Under the pieces are notes generated by a model that was not told the DNA's origin, did no database searches, and saw only the letters and a program-made list of their open reading frames with translations. A stretch of 62,416 nt of DNA, filler included. It is 3 parts of 3 records of this genome, joined end to end, with 100 filler letters (N's around TTAATTAATTAA, not from the genome) between each part and the next. Parts side by side here need not be neighbours in the genome. Positions count along the whole stretch, not along the records: positions 19,764 to 48,911 come from DRR723986_611; 2 more parts are not named here. One strand, given 5' to 3'. Shown here one piece after another: positions 20,928 to 32,361 of the stretch (within the stretch, counting starts at the first letter, position 1; each line of letters opens with the position of its first letter). Both the position numbers and the translations under genes were made by a program.

Positions 20928-23768
20928 TTAAGCAATGTGTTTAAGAAAACCATCGGTCGCAGCGCGACGCTCGGCGGCAATCTGCTCAGGGGTTACCACT
21001 TCGATCTTCTCGTCGGGGTTCACTTTGAACAGGGGTTGCCCCTTCTTAATAATCACACCATCACCGTCGATCAACACCTTCTCGATGGTACCCGAGAACG
21101 GTGCAACGACTTTGTTGAACATTTTCATTACTTCAACAATGTAGAGCGTGTCGCCGGCTTCGAAGTGATCACCTTCGTTGACGAATACGTCCATACCCGG
21201 CGCTTCGCGCGGGTAGAACATGCCGCCGCTGGCAGCGAGGATTTCGTCTGACTTGGCCACCGGCGGTGGTACCAGCACCTTCGCCATGCGCTTTTGCAGT
21301 GCGTCATCGGTGAGACGCTCGGGAATATCAATGCTCAAGTCCGGCTGTACCGCCAAGTCAAAGAACCCAGTGGTTGAGGCGATGTGCGCAAGAATGGCCA
21401 ATAGCTCCGTTCCCGCCATGTAACCGGCGTGAGCGCTGCGTACTGATGCCCATTCTTCGCTGCTAATACCCTGTGGCGCATCACCCGCGATAGCTTGCTC
21501 AATGGCGGTGAAGTCCTGTGTCGCCAACTTCTCTTCCAAGGCCGTGTAGAAGCTAACAGCGTCACTGAGGATCTCTGCATCGTGATCCCAGATCATGTAA
21601 CGCGCGGGCTTGCCCGTTTCATAATCCATGTTCAAGTAGTGATACAGACGATCGAGCAGAAGAATTGGGTTTTCCAGCCACTGCACGCCGTTGTCGGTCA
21701 TTTGCAGCGCTTTCTTGTTGATGCTCAGCCAGCCCGACATGTAGTGAGGCTCTGCGAACAGGCGCTCCAGCGGGCGTGTAAACAGCAGCTTTTTGGCATC
21801 GAGCACAGCCGCCCACTCCGCGGCCTGATCGCTGTTCTCGTCCAGATAACGCTGGCGAATTTCACCGTAGGCGTAATCCAGGTCGAGCTGATTTGCTTGC
21901 TCCTTGAGCAAACCAACCAAGGTCAGATACGGCACGATGAACCGGGTGCTTGGGCGAGCATTGATGCCGTTGCCGATAAACCAATGCACCAAGCCGTAGT
22001 GGAACTCCAGGTTGGTCGCCAGATCCTTGCCGCGCAGCTCAGTGCGACGCAGAATCTCCGCCAGGCGCTGGTAGCTGTCCATCCGGGTTTCACCGGTGGT
22101 GAGCAGCAGTGCAATGTTTGAGTCGTACGCACCAGCGAGGTGGTACTTCATAAACACGTCGGTATCCGGGTTGTGGGTGGAAATACCCTGGTCATCGCGA
22201 ATCTCACCGGGAATCGCGTTGGACCAGTTTTCAATAATGCCGCCCGCGTGGGGTTGAAGCGCTTGGTTGGTCGCGTTCATACGCGCTTCCACCGAGGTTT
22301 TTTCACGCACAATGCGCTCTGGCTTGGGCAGGCGCTTACCGTGACGGGCCAACAGCGCCATCACTTCGACCAAGCTTTCAACAATGAAGAAGTCGCTGGG
22401 GTCGTCCGGGTTGGTGAACTTAAGCTTGTAGCACAGCTCAGTGACACGGTGCTCAACCTGAATACGCGTATTCATCTCCATGAAATAATGCGCTTCACCG
22501 TCGACGATACACTCAAATGTGCCGACAGAGTCGAGTTTTACCGCTTGGCCGAAGATGGCGCCCTCTTCTTCCATTTTTTGAAGAATGACCAGATCTTTCT
22601 TCAGTTGAGCCAGCTCGCCCTCTTTGCCCTCGGCTTCAGCGACGGCGATGGCGGCAACCAGCTCTTCCTCGGTCACCGACACCTCGAGCAACTTTTGCTC
22701 GTGCATCTGCAATGAGCAGTCGCGACCACCCATCGTCATGCACCACTCACCGTTACCCACCACCTGGATTTCCTGGTGGCGAGTGGTATCGATGTTCATT
22801 TCAATCAATACGTTTTTGTTGTCGCCAACACCGTTGGTTTTCAGCTCAATCAAGCACTCGAGCACCAATGAGGGGACATTTTCAGCCGCTTTTTCAACCT
22901 TTTCTTCGAGGCTGGCGCCTTCGTAAGAATTGGCCGATTGCAGGATACGCTGACCTTTACCACCGCCACCGGCAATGGCTTTCAGGCGGAAGCGGTTGTT
23001 GGGCTTTTCAGCCAACATGCGCTTGGCTTCAACCTGCAGGGCTGCGCCGATGTCGGCGGCATCGATAATATCGATACCCGCTTCATAGGACGCCGCGAGC
23101 AACGCCAGGGCTTTTTCTTCATCGTCTTTGCAGCTAGCGAAGTCGACATTGAGGTTATTGTCTTTTGCGCAGGCTTCGAGGCCATCTTTGCCGTATTTGG
23201 CAAACAGCGCCAGACTAGTGGCGTTATTCACACCCGGCGTAACCGATACACCAGTCTCCAGCGCGGTGCGCTTAGCTTGGTCCTTCATACCCGCCGATTT
23301 CTGCGTGAATGAACAAGGGCCGATAAAGTTCAGGCCGGCCTTCTCCATCGCTTCGACCATGTCGGCATCTTCCGACATAAAGCCATAGCCCGCGAAGATG
23401 GCGTTGTAGCCATTGTCGTGGGCAATGCGAATGATCTGCTGGATGCGCTTGTTGCGTTCTTCTTTGGTGGCACCGGTGTAATCCGGCACACGGTGCACAC
23501 GATCGGGGTCGGTCAGTGTGCGCAGTTCTGGCGCCAGGGCATTGGTATAGGTGATCGAGTCTTTCTCGGACAGCAAAATGCCGTAGCCGTTAATGCCCAT
23601 TTCGTCGAAAACATCCATCGCTTCTTTACGGATGGGGCCGCGACAAATAATCAATGGTTTCAAGTCTTTACAAGAAAAACTTCTCACCCATTCTGAGTTA
23701 GATTTAGCCAGCTGACGGTCTTTGTGGATCAGCGGGTTGTTCAGGTAGTAATTATTGCTTGTCTGCAC
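20928..23768 (-). CDS. Biotin carboxylase-BCCP fusion subunit of an acyl-CoA (probably propionyl-CoA) carboxylase
   Basis: GYGFMSE, GGGGKG, RDCSLQ..EQKLLE, FMEMNTRIQVEH.VTE; biotinyl motif EVMKMFN. Confidence 0.9.
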   Translation of the reverse strand: MQTSNNYYLNNPLIHKDRQLAKSNSEWVRSFSCKDLKPLIICRGPIRKEAMDVFDEMGINGYGILLSEKDSITYTNALAPELRTLTDPDRVHRVPDYTGATKEERNKRIQQIIRIAHDNGYNAIFAGYGFMSEDADMVEAMEKAGLNFIGPCSFTQKSAGMKDQAKRTALETGVSVTPGVNNATSLALFAKYGKDGLEACAKDNNLNVDFASCKDDEEKALALLAASYEAGIDIIDAADIGAALQVEAKRMLAEKPNNRFRLKAIAGGGGKGQRILQSANSYEGASLEEKVEKAAENVPSLVLECLIELKTNGVGDNKNVLIEMNIDTTRHQEIQVVGNGEWCMTMGGRDCSLQMHEQKLLEVSVTEEELVAAIAVAEAEGKEGELAQLKKDLVILQKMEEEGAIFGQAVKLDSVGTFECIVDGEAHYFMEMNTRIQVEHRVTELCYKLKFTNPDDPSDFFIVESLVEVMALLARHGKRLPKPERIVREKTSVEARMNATNQALQPHAGGIIENWSNAIPGEIRDDQGISTHNPDTDVFMKYHLAGAYDSNIALLLTTGETRMDSYQRLAEILRRTELRGKDLATNLEFHYGLVHWFIGNGINARPSTRFIVPYLTLVGLLKEQANQLDLDYAYGEIRQRYLDENSDQAAEWAAVLDAKKLLFTRPLERLFAEPHYMSGWLSINKKALQMTDNGVQWLENPILLLDRLYHYLNMDYETGKPARYMIWDHDAEILSDAVSFYTALEEKLATQDFTAIEQAIAGDAPQGISSEEWASVRSAHAGYMAGTELLAILAHIASTTGFFDLAVQPDLSIDIPERLTDDALQKRMAKVLVPPPVAKSDEILAASGGMFYPREAPGMDVFVNEGDHFEAGDTLYIVEVMKMFNKVVAPFSGTIEKVLIDGDGVIIKKGQPLFKVNPDEKIEVVTPEQIAAERRAATDGFLKHIA

Positions 23769-23820
23769 GTTGATAACCTCTTAAGCGAATCGTCTAGTAG
23801 TTGTTGTCGAGCAAGGCTGC

Positions 23821-25554
23821 TTAGTGGAACTCGCGCTGAGGACCGGACATCGGCTCAGGCGTGTACGCTTTCAAGTGCAGCTCCAATTGCTCGCCCAGGA
23901 CTTTTCGCAGGTCCGCAGGCATGACGATCTGGGAAATCGATCCCAGGCTCAGTGCTTCATTGGGGTTCATCAGTTCTTTTTCGTAGCGTTGGGTTAACAG
24001 CGCTTCTTCTTGCTTTTGCCACTCGGCAACTGCCGCTTCAGCTTGGCTGCGCGCCTCGCCCTCGGCCATGCCAGCGGCAATATTCTGCTGGGTTGCCTCG
24101 GCGATGCGAGACTTGATTGAACCACGGATTTTGCGCACCTCATCTTTATACACGTACTCAACCCCGGCAGGCCCCATTACGGCCAGGCGAGTGGTTGGCA
24201 ACGCGCAGACGAAATCCGCACCCGTTGGATAGTTGTTGAAGGAGGCGTATGCGCCGCCGAAGGCGTTGCGCACAATCATCAGGAAGCGCGGTGTGCGCAG
24301 GTCGATAATCGCGTCGAGCATGGCGCGTCCGGCTTGAACAATACCACCCGTTTCCTGGTCGCGACCGGGCAGGAAGCCGGTGGTGTCTTCCATAAAGATC
24401 ACCGGAATGTTGTAGACATTACAGAAGCGGATGAAACGCGCGTTTTTGTAGGCGGCGTCTATATCGATCTGACCCGATGACACGGCTGAGTTGTTGGCGA
24501 CAAAGCCGACAACATTCCCGCCGATACGGCCGAGCGCACAAATGGTGTTACGGGCGCGCTCTGGCTGAATTTCAAAATAGTCGCCGTGATCGCACATCTG
24601 TTGAATGATAATGCTGATATCAAAGGGCGTGTTGAAACCGGTTGGGCTGTTAAAGGCCTTCTTCAGCAGCAGGTCGATATCCCAGGTTTTGCGATTCAGC
24701 GGGTCAGACGTCGGCTGGAAGGGAGGCTTAGACGATGCGTTGTCTGGCAGGTAGTTCAGCAGCTCTTTAACTTTGCGCAGCGCTGCAACTTCATCGGGCA
24801 CAACAAAGTCTGTAACGCCAGACTGGCTGTGAACACTGGGGCCACCGAGTTCATCGGCGGTTACGTCTTCACCCAGTACCGACTTAACAACACCTGGGCC
24901 AGTCAAGCCAAAGAAGGTGTCGTTGGGCTGAATAACAAATGAGCCCTGACGCGGCAGATAAGCACCGCCACCGGCGTTATAGCCGAACATGCACATAATC
25001 GAAGGCACCACACCGTTGATCTTGCGTAGTGCCGTAAAGGCCTCGGCATAACCGTCAAGGCCGCCGACACCCGCGGGAATGTACGCCCCCGCAGAGTCGT
25101 TCATGCCGACCAGGGGAATACCCAGTTTACCGGCAAGCTGGAAAAGATTGGCCAGCTTGGTGCCGTTGGTGGCATCCATGGAACCCGCGCGAACGGTGAA
25201 GTCGTGGCCGTACATCGCGACATCGCGACCGTTAACCTTAACAATGGCTGTTACCAGTGAGGCTCCATCGAGGTTTTTACCCCAGTTTTGGTAGAGCACC
25301 TTTGGCTCACTGCCATCGTCCGCAAGCACCTGGATACGTTCCCAGATAGTCATGCGTTTCTTTTCGTGTTGCTTTTGAACGCCTTTAATTCCCGCAGCCT
25401 TCATTGGGCGCTGCTGCAAGTCGTAACCTGCTTGAAGCGCAGCTTCATAGAGGCCCGGATCGTAGTCAATTTGACCGGGCACAGTGAATTCCAGCTCGGA
25501 TTTCTGCGCGAATGGATTATTCAGCGAGGGAGTCAATTGCTCTTTTTTACTCAT
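23821..25554 (-). CDS. Acyl-CoA carboxylase carboxyltransferase subunit
   Basis: [53 protein letters not shown]; start at ATG 25554. Confidence 0.92.
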   Translation of the reverse strand: MSKKEQLTPSLNNPFAQKSELEFTVPGQIDYDPGLYEAALQAGYDLQQRPMKAAGIKGVQKQHEKKRMTIWERIQVLADDGSEPKVLYQNWGKNLDGASLVTAIVKVNGRDVAMYGHDFTVRAGSMDATNGTKLANLFQLAGKLGIPLVGMNDSAGAYIPAGVGGLDGYAEAFTALRKINGVVPSIMCMFGYNAGGGAYLPRQGSFVIQPNDTFFGLTGPGVVKSVLGEDVTADELGGPSVHSQSGVTDFVVPDEVAALRKVKELLNYLPDNASSKPPFQPTSDPLNRKTWDIDLLLKKAFNSPTGFNTPFDISIIIQQMCDHGDYFEIQPERARNTICALGRIGGNVVGFVANNSAVSSGQIDIDAAYKNARFIRFCNVYNIPVIFMEDTTGFLPGRDQETGGIVQAGRAMLDAIIDLRTPRFLMIVRNAFGGAYASFNNYPTGADFVCALPTTRLAVMGPAGVEYVYKDEVRKIRGSIKSRIAEATQQNIAAGMAEGEARSQAEAAVAEWQKQEEALLTQRYEKELMNPNEALSLGSISQIVMPADLRKVLGEQLELHLKAYTPEPMSGPQREFH

Positions 25555-25888
25555 GCCTGTCAGTCCCAGATGCAATATTGTTTTGTTTCCGCACCCGCAT
25601 ACAGGCTGAAGTAATCCACAGCCACTGAATTTCAGGCTGCCTAGATTCCTGCCAACTGGCATGTGAGCGACGGATGATTGAGAACGTGCCGTTCTAGGTG
25701 TCATTCCAACGACGGCTTATTTGATTCTCAAAGCGGCGGCTAACATTACTTTAGGGCGGTGGCGCTGTCAATCTGATATGGGTGACCATACCGATCACTA
25801 TCGGTGACAAAATGCTAGATTTTTCATAGGCCTAGCACGTACAATCAGTCTTTGCCAACCCGCTTTCAAGAGCACTATCGCCGCAGCA

Positions 25889-27223
25889 ATGCCCAACCTC
25901 CAACGCCGTCCTTTAGCCTATTTTGCAGACAGCAGCCGCTACTTCGAGGCTGTGGCGTCGGCGCCGAATCCAGTATTTATCGATTCGGGAAAGCCCCATA
26001 GCGACCGCGGCCGCTACAGCATCATTAGCGCCGATCCCACCACTATAATCAGCATTGCGCCACGTGATAACACGACTATCGGTGTATTGCTTTCACAGGC
26101 GGAGGCCGCTATAGAGCAAGCCGTTGCCGGCATGCACAGCGCCGACGATTTGCCCTTCTGCGGCGGGGCGATTGGCTGTATCAACTATGAGCTTGGCGAG
26201 GCCAGGGATATAAACCTCTCCCCCTCTGCTGAACTGCCGCTGCTGCACGTTGGCATTTACGACTGGGCAATTATTGTTGACCACCACACGCAGTGCGCAG
26301 AGCTGGTGTTACAGCCTGGCTGCCAAAGCAAGATAGCGTGCCAGCTGTCGTCATCGGCCCTCGAACACGCCGTCAACGACGCCACATTTATGCTGACTGC
26401 GCCATTTCATAGCCATCTGGACTGGCCGGACTACGCTCGCTGCTTCGAGGCGATTCAGCGCTATATCCTCGACGGTGATTGCTACCAGATCAATCTCACT
26501 CGCCAGTTTAGCGCGCCCTACTCAGGCTCCCCGTGGCAGGCGTATAAACGCATGAGAAAGGTCGCCGCAGCGCCCTTTTCCGCCTATCTCGATTTAGGGG
26601 AATGCCAGCTGTTATCCCTTTCCCCCGAGCGTTTTATTGAAATCGATAAGGGCAGCATGCTAACCCAGCCCATCAAAGGGACCGCGCCACGATCCCCTGA
26701 CCCGGGAACGGACAAGGCGAATGCCGAGGCCCTGGAGGCCAGTGAAAAAAATCGCGCGGAAAATGTGATGATCGTTGACCTGCTACGCAATGACCTGGGT
26801 AAAAACAGCACAGCGGGCAGTGTGCAGGTCGAGCGCTTGCTTGAGCTGCAAAGCTTTAACACGGTTCATCACTTGGTAAGCACCATTCGCAGTACGCTAA
26901 ACCCCGAGATCACCGCACTTCAGGCGCTATTGGATTGCTTTCCGGGTGGCTCCATCACCGGCGCGCCAAAACGACGGGCGATGGAGATTATTGCCGAGCT
27001 TGAGCCAAACCGACGATCGCTGTATTGCGGAAGCGTGTTCTATTTGTCGGCGAGTGGGCGGCTGGACAGCTCAATTACCATTCGAAGCTTTGTTTGCCAC
27101 AACGGGCAGATTCGCGGCTGGGCCGGCGGCGGCATTGTTGCCGATTCTGAGGCAAAGATGGAATTTGTCGAAACGGAAGAGAAGCTCGGCAAGCTCATGG
27201 CGGTGCTTGCCGAGCCTGAGTAG
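25889..27223 (+). CDS. pabB: Aminodeoxychorismate synthase component I
   Basis: GDCYQINL, SPERF, PIKGT, K.RAENVMIVDLLRND, FPGGSITGAPK. Confidence 0.9.
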   Translation: MPNLQRRPLAYFADSSRYFEAVASAPNPVFIDSGKPHSDRGRYSIISADPTTIISIAPRDNTTIGVLLSQAEAAIEQAVAGMHSADDLPFCGGAIGCINYELGEARDINLSPSAELPLLHVGIYDWAIIVDHHTQCAELVLQPGCQSKIACQLSSSALEHAVNDATFMLTAPFHSHLDWPDYARCFEAIQRYILDGDCYQINLTRQFSAPYSGSPWQAYKRMRKVAAAPFSAYLDLGECQLLSLSPERFIEIDKGSMLTQPIKGTAPRSPDPGTDKANAEALEASEKNRAENVMIVDLLRNDLGKNSTAGSVQVERLLELQSFNTVHHLVSTIRSTLNPEITALQALLDCFPGGSITGAPKRRAMEIIAELEPNRRSLYCGSVFYLSASGRLDSSITIRSFVCHNGQIRGWAGGGIVADSEAKMEFVETEEKLGKLMAVLAEPE

Positions 27224-27229
27224 CGCTCG

Positions 27230-27847
27230 TTACAAGCTCAGATTGCGGTTAGAGGCCTTCAAAAACTCCAACTTCAGCGCTTCATAGTCGTGCACCGCTG
27301 GAAATTGCGGGAACTCTTCGATCACATTGCTCGGTGCTTTGAACAAAATACCGGCGTCTGCTTCCGCGAGCATGGTGGTGTCATTGTATGAATCACCAGC
27401 AGCGATAATGCGGTAGTAAAGGGTTTTTAGCGCCAATACCGACTGGCGTTTAGGGTTTACTTGGCGAATTTTATAGTCGACCACCTTTCCGACATTGTCG
27501 GTTTCCAGCTTGTGACACAGCAGGGTTGGCCAGCCGAGCTGGGCCATCAATGGCGCAGCAAATTCGTAAAAGGTATCGGAGAGGATCACCACCTGAAAGC
27601 GTGCCCGCAGCCAATCCAAAAACTCGCGTGCGCCTTCCATCGGCCGCATATCGGCAATCACCGCTTGAATATCGGGCAGGCCAAGGCCGTTTTCGTCTAA
27701 CAAACGAAGACGTTGCTGCATCAGCACATCGTAGTCGGGAATATCGCGGGTCGTCGCTTTTAGCGCCTCAATACCCGTGCGTTCGGCGAAGTCGATCCAG
27801 ATTTCCGGAATCAGTACACCTTCCAGGTCCAGGCATGCGATTTCCAC
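27230..27847 (-). CDS. thrH: Phosphoserine phosphatase / homoserine phosphotransferase
   Basis: MEIACLDLEGVLIPEIW, ILSDTFYEF, AAGDSYNDTTML. Confidence 0.95.
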   Translation of the reverse strand: MEIACLDLEGVLIPEIWIDFAERTGIEALKATTRDIPDYDVLMQQRLRLLDENGLGLPDIQAVIADMRPMEGAREFLDWLRARFQVVILSDTFYEFAAPLMAQLGWPTLLCHKLETDNVGKVVDYKIRQVNPKRQSVLALKTLYYRIIAAGDSYNDTTMLAEADAGILFKAPSNVIEEFPQFPAVHDYEALKLEFLKASNRNLSL

Positions 27848-27937
27848 GGCGAAAGTCTCCTCAAGTAAAAAAGGCGGTCAATCTAACGGCTTGCCCCGCT
27901 AAAAGCAACGCCTCAGGTCAACACCGGAGCGATCTCA

Positions 27938-28915
<978 letters not shown>

Positions 28916-28937
28916 TTATTGTCTCCAAATACAACGG

Positions 28938-29849
28938 CTAAGCCTGTGGGGCATTAGCAATACCGTGCGGGACATGCCCGGCTGGCACATGTTCACTGGC
29001 TGATTCACAGTGACTTTGCTGATCGTCGAAAAATACATCCGCACCATAGGCTTTCAAGAACTCGCCCTTTTCAAGGCCACCCAAAAATAGTGACTCATCG
29101 ATCCGGATATTCCATTCGCGCAGTGTACGTATCACGCGCTTGTGCGCCGGTGCCGACCGGGCGGTCACCAAGGCAGTTCGAATTGGCGGCGCGTCCGATG
29201 GGAATTCTCGCTGTAAGGTATTTAGTGCTGACAGGAAGGGTTTAAAGGGGCCGCCACTCAGCGGGCGGTCCGCCGCCTCCACTTCACTGGCTGTAAAGGC
29301 CTCAAGCCCCTGCTGTTTGTATATCTGTTCTGCCTCATCGGAAAACAGCACGGCATCACCGTCGAAAGCAAAACGCAGTTCGCGCTGCGTTGACTGCTCA
29401 GACTTTTTACTGCGCGGTAACAAGGTCGCTGCAGCAACGCCGTTTTCAAGTGCTCGACGCACGTCTTCGGCATGGGTAGATAAAAACAGGTGGCAGCCAA
29501 ACGCCGACACGTAATTGTAGGGACTCGCCCCACCACTAAAGGCGGCACGGCGTATGTTCAAACCGTAGTGCTCTATAGAGTTAAATATCCGCAGGCCGGT
29601 ATCCGCGGAATTACGAGACAATAAAATAACCTCAACGCGCGGTTCTTTCAGCAAGTCGTTAAGTTTGAGTAAGCGCTCAACAATATTGAAGGCCTCGCCT
29701 TTATCGAGCACCTCATCTTCGCGATCGATTTGATATTGTTGATACGCGTCCAGCCCCTGCGTTTCAAACACCTGATGACTGTCATCCAAGTTAAACAGCG
29801 CCCGTGATGAAATCGCAACGACTAACTTGTCTTCAAATCCCTTGGGCAT
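28938..29849 (-). CDS. 5'-nucleotidase (cN-I-like)
   Basis: VAISSRALF, LSRNSADTG.R, AFDGDAVLFSDE, VTARSAPAH.R, FFDDQ. Confidence 0.9.
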   Translation of the reverse strand: MPKGFEDKLVVAISSRALFNLDDSHQVFETQGLDAYQQYQIDREDEVLDKGEAFNIVERLLKLNDLLKEPRVEVILLSRNSADTGLRIFNSIEHYGLNIRRAAFSGGASPYNYVSAFGCHLFLSTHAEDVRRALENGVAAATLLPRSKKSEQSTQRELRFAFDGDAVLFSDEAEQIYKQQGLEAFTASEVEAADRPLSGGPFKPFLSALNTLQREFPSDAPPIRTALVTARSAPAHKRVIRTLREWNIRIDESLFLGGLEKGEFLKAYGADVFFDDQQSHCESASEHVPAGHVPHGIANAPQA

Positions 29850-29913
29850 GAATGTCCCTCAATACGTAGCGCCTCCACTATACAAGATGGCGAAGTGCAG
29901 ACAAGAGCCGAAG

Positions 29914-31281
29914 CTAGAATTGCAAACGCTGCCAGTTCATCGAGCGCGGCTTGCTGCCCTGAAGAATCAAGGCGATATCGTCGATTAATGCCTGGGAAAA
30001 TACAGCCGCTATCGATGTGGCGGCGATGTCCTCGCTACTGACATTCGCCGACAATACCCCAACCGCTTTCATTCCCTCGCGCAGCATGGCGCCACTTTGG
30101 CCCGGCTGATTCAAGCAGTCGAGCCCGACAAGAGCAAGGTCACCACCTACCTCACTGCGCGGACTCGTCTGACAGCGACTCAACCACAAACCGCCGGACG
30201 ACGACGCGCTTGGGTAGGAAACCATCTCTACGGCCGCATCATTTGCAGACAGCACTGCCAATGGCGCGCCGATAAAGTGCCCAGTAATCGGCAAGGCAAG
30301 TTGTACGAGTGCTACGTCACTACCTGCATAGGCAGCGAGGTCGCCAGCAAGCAATTGTGCATGCTTGTGATCCAATGTCCACGCCGCCACCGACGGGATT
30401 TCCGGGTTTGGCGCGCCATCGCGCGCCGGGTAGAACACCACCGAATGCGCTCTGCGTGCAGGCGAGCGCGGTTCAAACAAGCAGTGCGCTGCCGTTATCA
30501 GCCAGCGCCGTGTTAGTGCCGTGGCAGTACACCAGGCGTCCCCCTTGCGGTACTGGCTGTATAAGCGCCCCACCTGCCATTGCTGGACGCCAGCCTGTGG
30601 CCAAACACGGACTCTTCGGGCCTGCGCGTTGATAAAAAACACCGCGCCACTGCTCTGCTCGCGTTGCGGCGTTGCGGCGGTAAACACCAGTTCAGGTCTG
30701 CCCTGCTCCCCTGCTAGCAGGTAGTAGCCCGGATGCGCAGGCAACGCGAGGCCGCGGCGGCCGTCAATGGACACCCTTGGCAGAAACTCAGCAAGTCGAT
30801 TGCTTAGCGCCAGGGCTTTATCCCGGTAAATCACCGGCTGTCGATGGAATTCCCGGCGCAGGCGGCGCACCGCAGCCGACACGCTGAAATCTTGCGACGC
30901 CCCCAACAAAACATGGGCGACTCTTAAGAGGCGCAGTTGATCGCGGGCCGCCACCGAGGTCGCCAGCGCAGCATAATTCGCAGACTCAACAACGGCCTGC
31001 GGCGTTGCGGGCCCGCTGAAAAAAGTCGCCCAAGCAAAATCTGCCGCCAGGGTTGGGCAGCGCTCGATAAGGCGACGTTGTGCCCGCATCGCCTGCCAAG
31101 CTGACACACTGATATAAAGCGCATCGTCGGCGTCTGCAGGTGAATAGCGCGGCGGGCATTGATTGTCGGACCACGCCGGAGAAACACCGAGCAGAAACAC
31201 TGTCAGGGTAAACCAGAGGACGGTAGAATTACGCGGGACGCGACAGCGGTAATCTCTCAACAGGCTTCGGAGCGGCAACAT
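29914..31281 (-). CDS. Exported trypsin-like serine protease with an N-terminal domain of unknown function
   Basis: Catalytic triad motifs LITAAHC, DVALV and PGQSGA; hydrophobic signal segment. Start uncertain. Confidence 0.65.
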   Translation of the reverse strand: MLPLRSLLRDYRCRVPRNSTVLWFTLTVFLLGVSPAWSDNQCPPRYSPADADDALYISVSAWQAMRAQRRLIERCPTLAADFAWATFFSGPATPQAVVESANYAALATSVAARDQLRLLRVAHVLLGASQDFSVSAAVRRLRREFHRQPVIYRDKALALSNRLAEFLPRVSIDGRRGLALPAHPGYYLLAGEQGRPELVFTAATPQREQSSGAVFFINAQARRVRVWPQAGVQQWQVGRLYSQYRKGDAWCTATALTRRWLITAAHCLFEPRSPARRAHSVVFYPARDGAPNPEIPSVAAWTLDHKHAQLLAGDLAAYAGSDVALVQLALPITGHFIGAPLAVLSANDAAVEMVSYPSASSSGGLWLSRCQTSPRSEVGGDLALVGLDCLNQPGQSGAMLREGMKAVGVLSANVSSEDIAATSIAAVFSQALIDDIALILQGSKPRSMNWQRLQF

Positions 31282-31284
31282 ATC

Positions 31285-32361
31285 TTGCATAATACAACCT
31301 GGTTGGAATTTGATGCAGCGGCACTGCGCCACAATCTCGCTGTTGTGAAACAGTTAGCGCCGGGCGGCGCTATCTTAGCCATGCTCAAGGCCAATGGCTA
31401 CGGTCACGGCGCGAGTTGGGTTGCCGACACCCTGGGTGAACGCGCTCAGGGCTTTGGCTTGGCGCGCCTGTGTGAAGCACTGGCACTGCGCGAACACGCG
31501 CCGTCCAAACGTTTGCTTCTGCTCGGCACCCTGGTTGATGACAACACGCTTAAACACTGCGCCGACGCGCGCCTGGACTTGGTTATTCATCGCCTCGAGG
31601 ATGCACAACGGCTTGCCGGCACTCGCTTAACTCCCCCCCTGTCAATTTGGCTTAAGCGGAATGTCGGCATGAACCGTTTGGGCATGAGCCATGAGGATTT
31701 TGTGGCCGCGCAGCAGCTTCTCGTCGGTAGCAAAAACGTGAAAGAAGTGATTCATATGAGCCACTTTAGTGATGCCGATACACCTCGGGCAGAAGTCACC
31801 GAAGAACAGGCTGAGCGTCTGTTCAGCAGCAGTCGAGCACTGGGCACATTCCCTTTAAGCCTGGCTAACTCCGCCGCGATTATTGCCCACCCGCACACCC
31901 ATGCTCAGTGGCAGCGGCCAGGCATTATGCTCTACGGCGACGACCCCACGGGGACATTAACGGGCGACCAAGCGCTGCGCCCGGTCATGCACTTCAAAAG
32001 CCGGATTGTCGCGCTTAAAACCGTTCACGCGGGCGACGGCGTCGGTTACGGGCGGCGTTGGCAGGCCAGCGAACAACGCCTCATCGCCACTATTGGTGCT
32101 GGCTATGCCGATGGCTACCCGCGCCACGCCACTGACGGTACACCGCTAATGGTGAATGGTCAGCGCGCCTCGTTGGCCGGGCGTGTTTCCATGGACTTAC
32201 TCACCGCCGACGTCACTGACGTCGACCACGTTAAGGTTGGCGACGAAGTCACCCTTTGGGGCCAGGGCGTGAGTGCCGCTGAGGTCGCCGAGCGCTGCGG
32301 CACCATCAGCTATGAGCTGTTCACTCAGGTGTCATCACGGGTTGAGCGCTACTATGACTAA
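31285..32361 (+). CDS. alr: Alanine racemase
   Basis: AALRHNL, KANGYGHG (PLP lysine), GMNRLG, SLANSAA, RPGIMLYG, GYADGYPR, GRVSMD, GTISYEL; TTG start inferred. Confidence 0.93.
   Translation: MHNTTWLEFDAAALRHNLAVVKQLAPGGAILAMLKANGYGHGASWVADTLGERAQGFGLARLCEALALREHAPSKRLLLLGTLVDDNTLKHCADARLDLVIHRLEDAQRLAGTRLTPPLSIWLKRNVGMNRLGMSHEDFVAAQQLLVGSKNVKEVIHMSHFSDADTPRAEVTEEQAERLFSSSRALGTFPLSLANSAAIIAHPHTHAQWQRPGIMLYGDDPTGTLTGDQALRPVMHFKSRIVALKTVHAGDGVGYGRRWQASEQRLIATIGAGYADGYPRHATDGTPLMVNGQRASLAGRVSMDLLTADVTDVDHVKVGDEVTLWGQGVSAAEVAERCGTISYELFTQVSSRVERYYD

Noticed and set aside
25555-25888. Possible cobalamin riboswitch or leader RNA ahead of the carboxylase-mutase operon
   Set aside because: Short inverted repeats are present, but I could not find a B12-box or other recognisable consensus; an Rfam scan would settle it.
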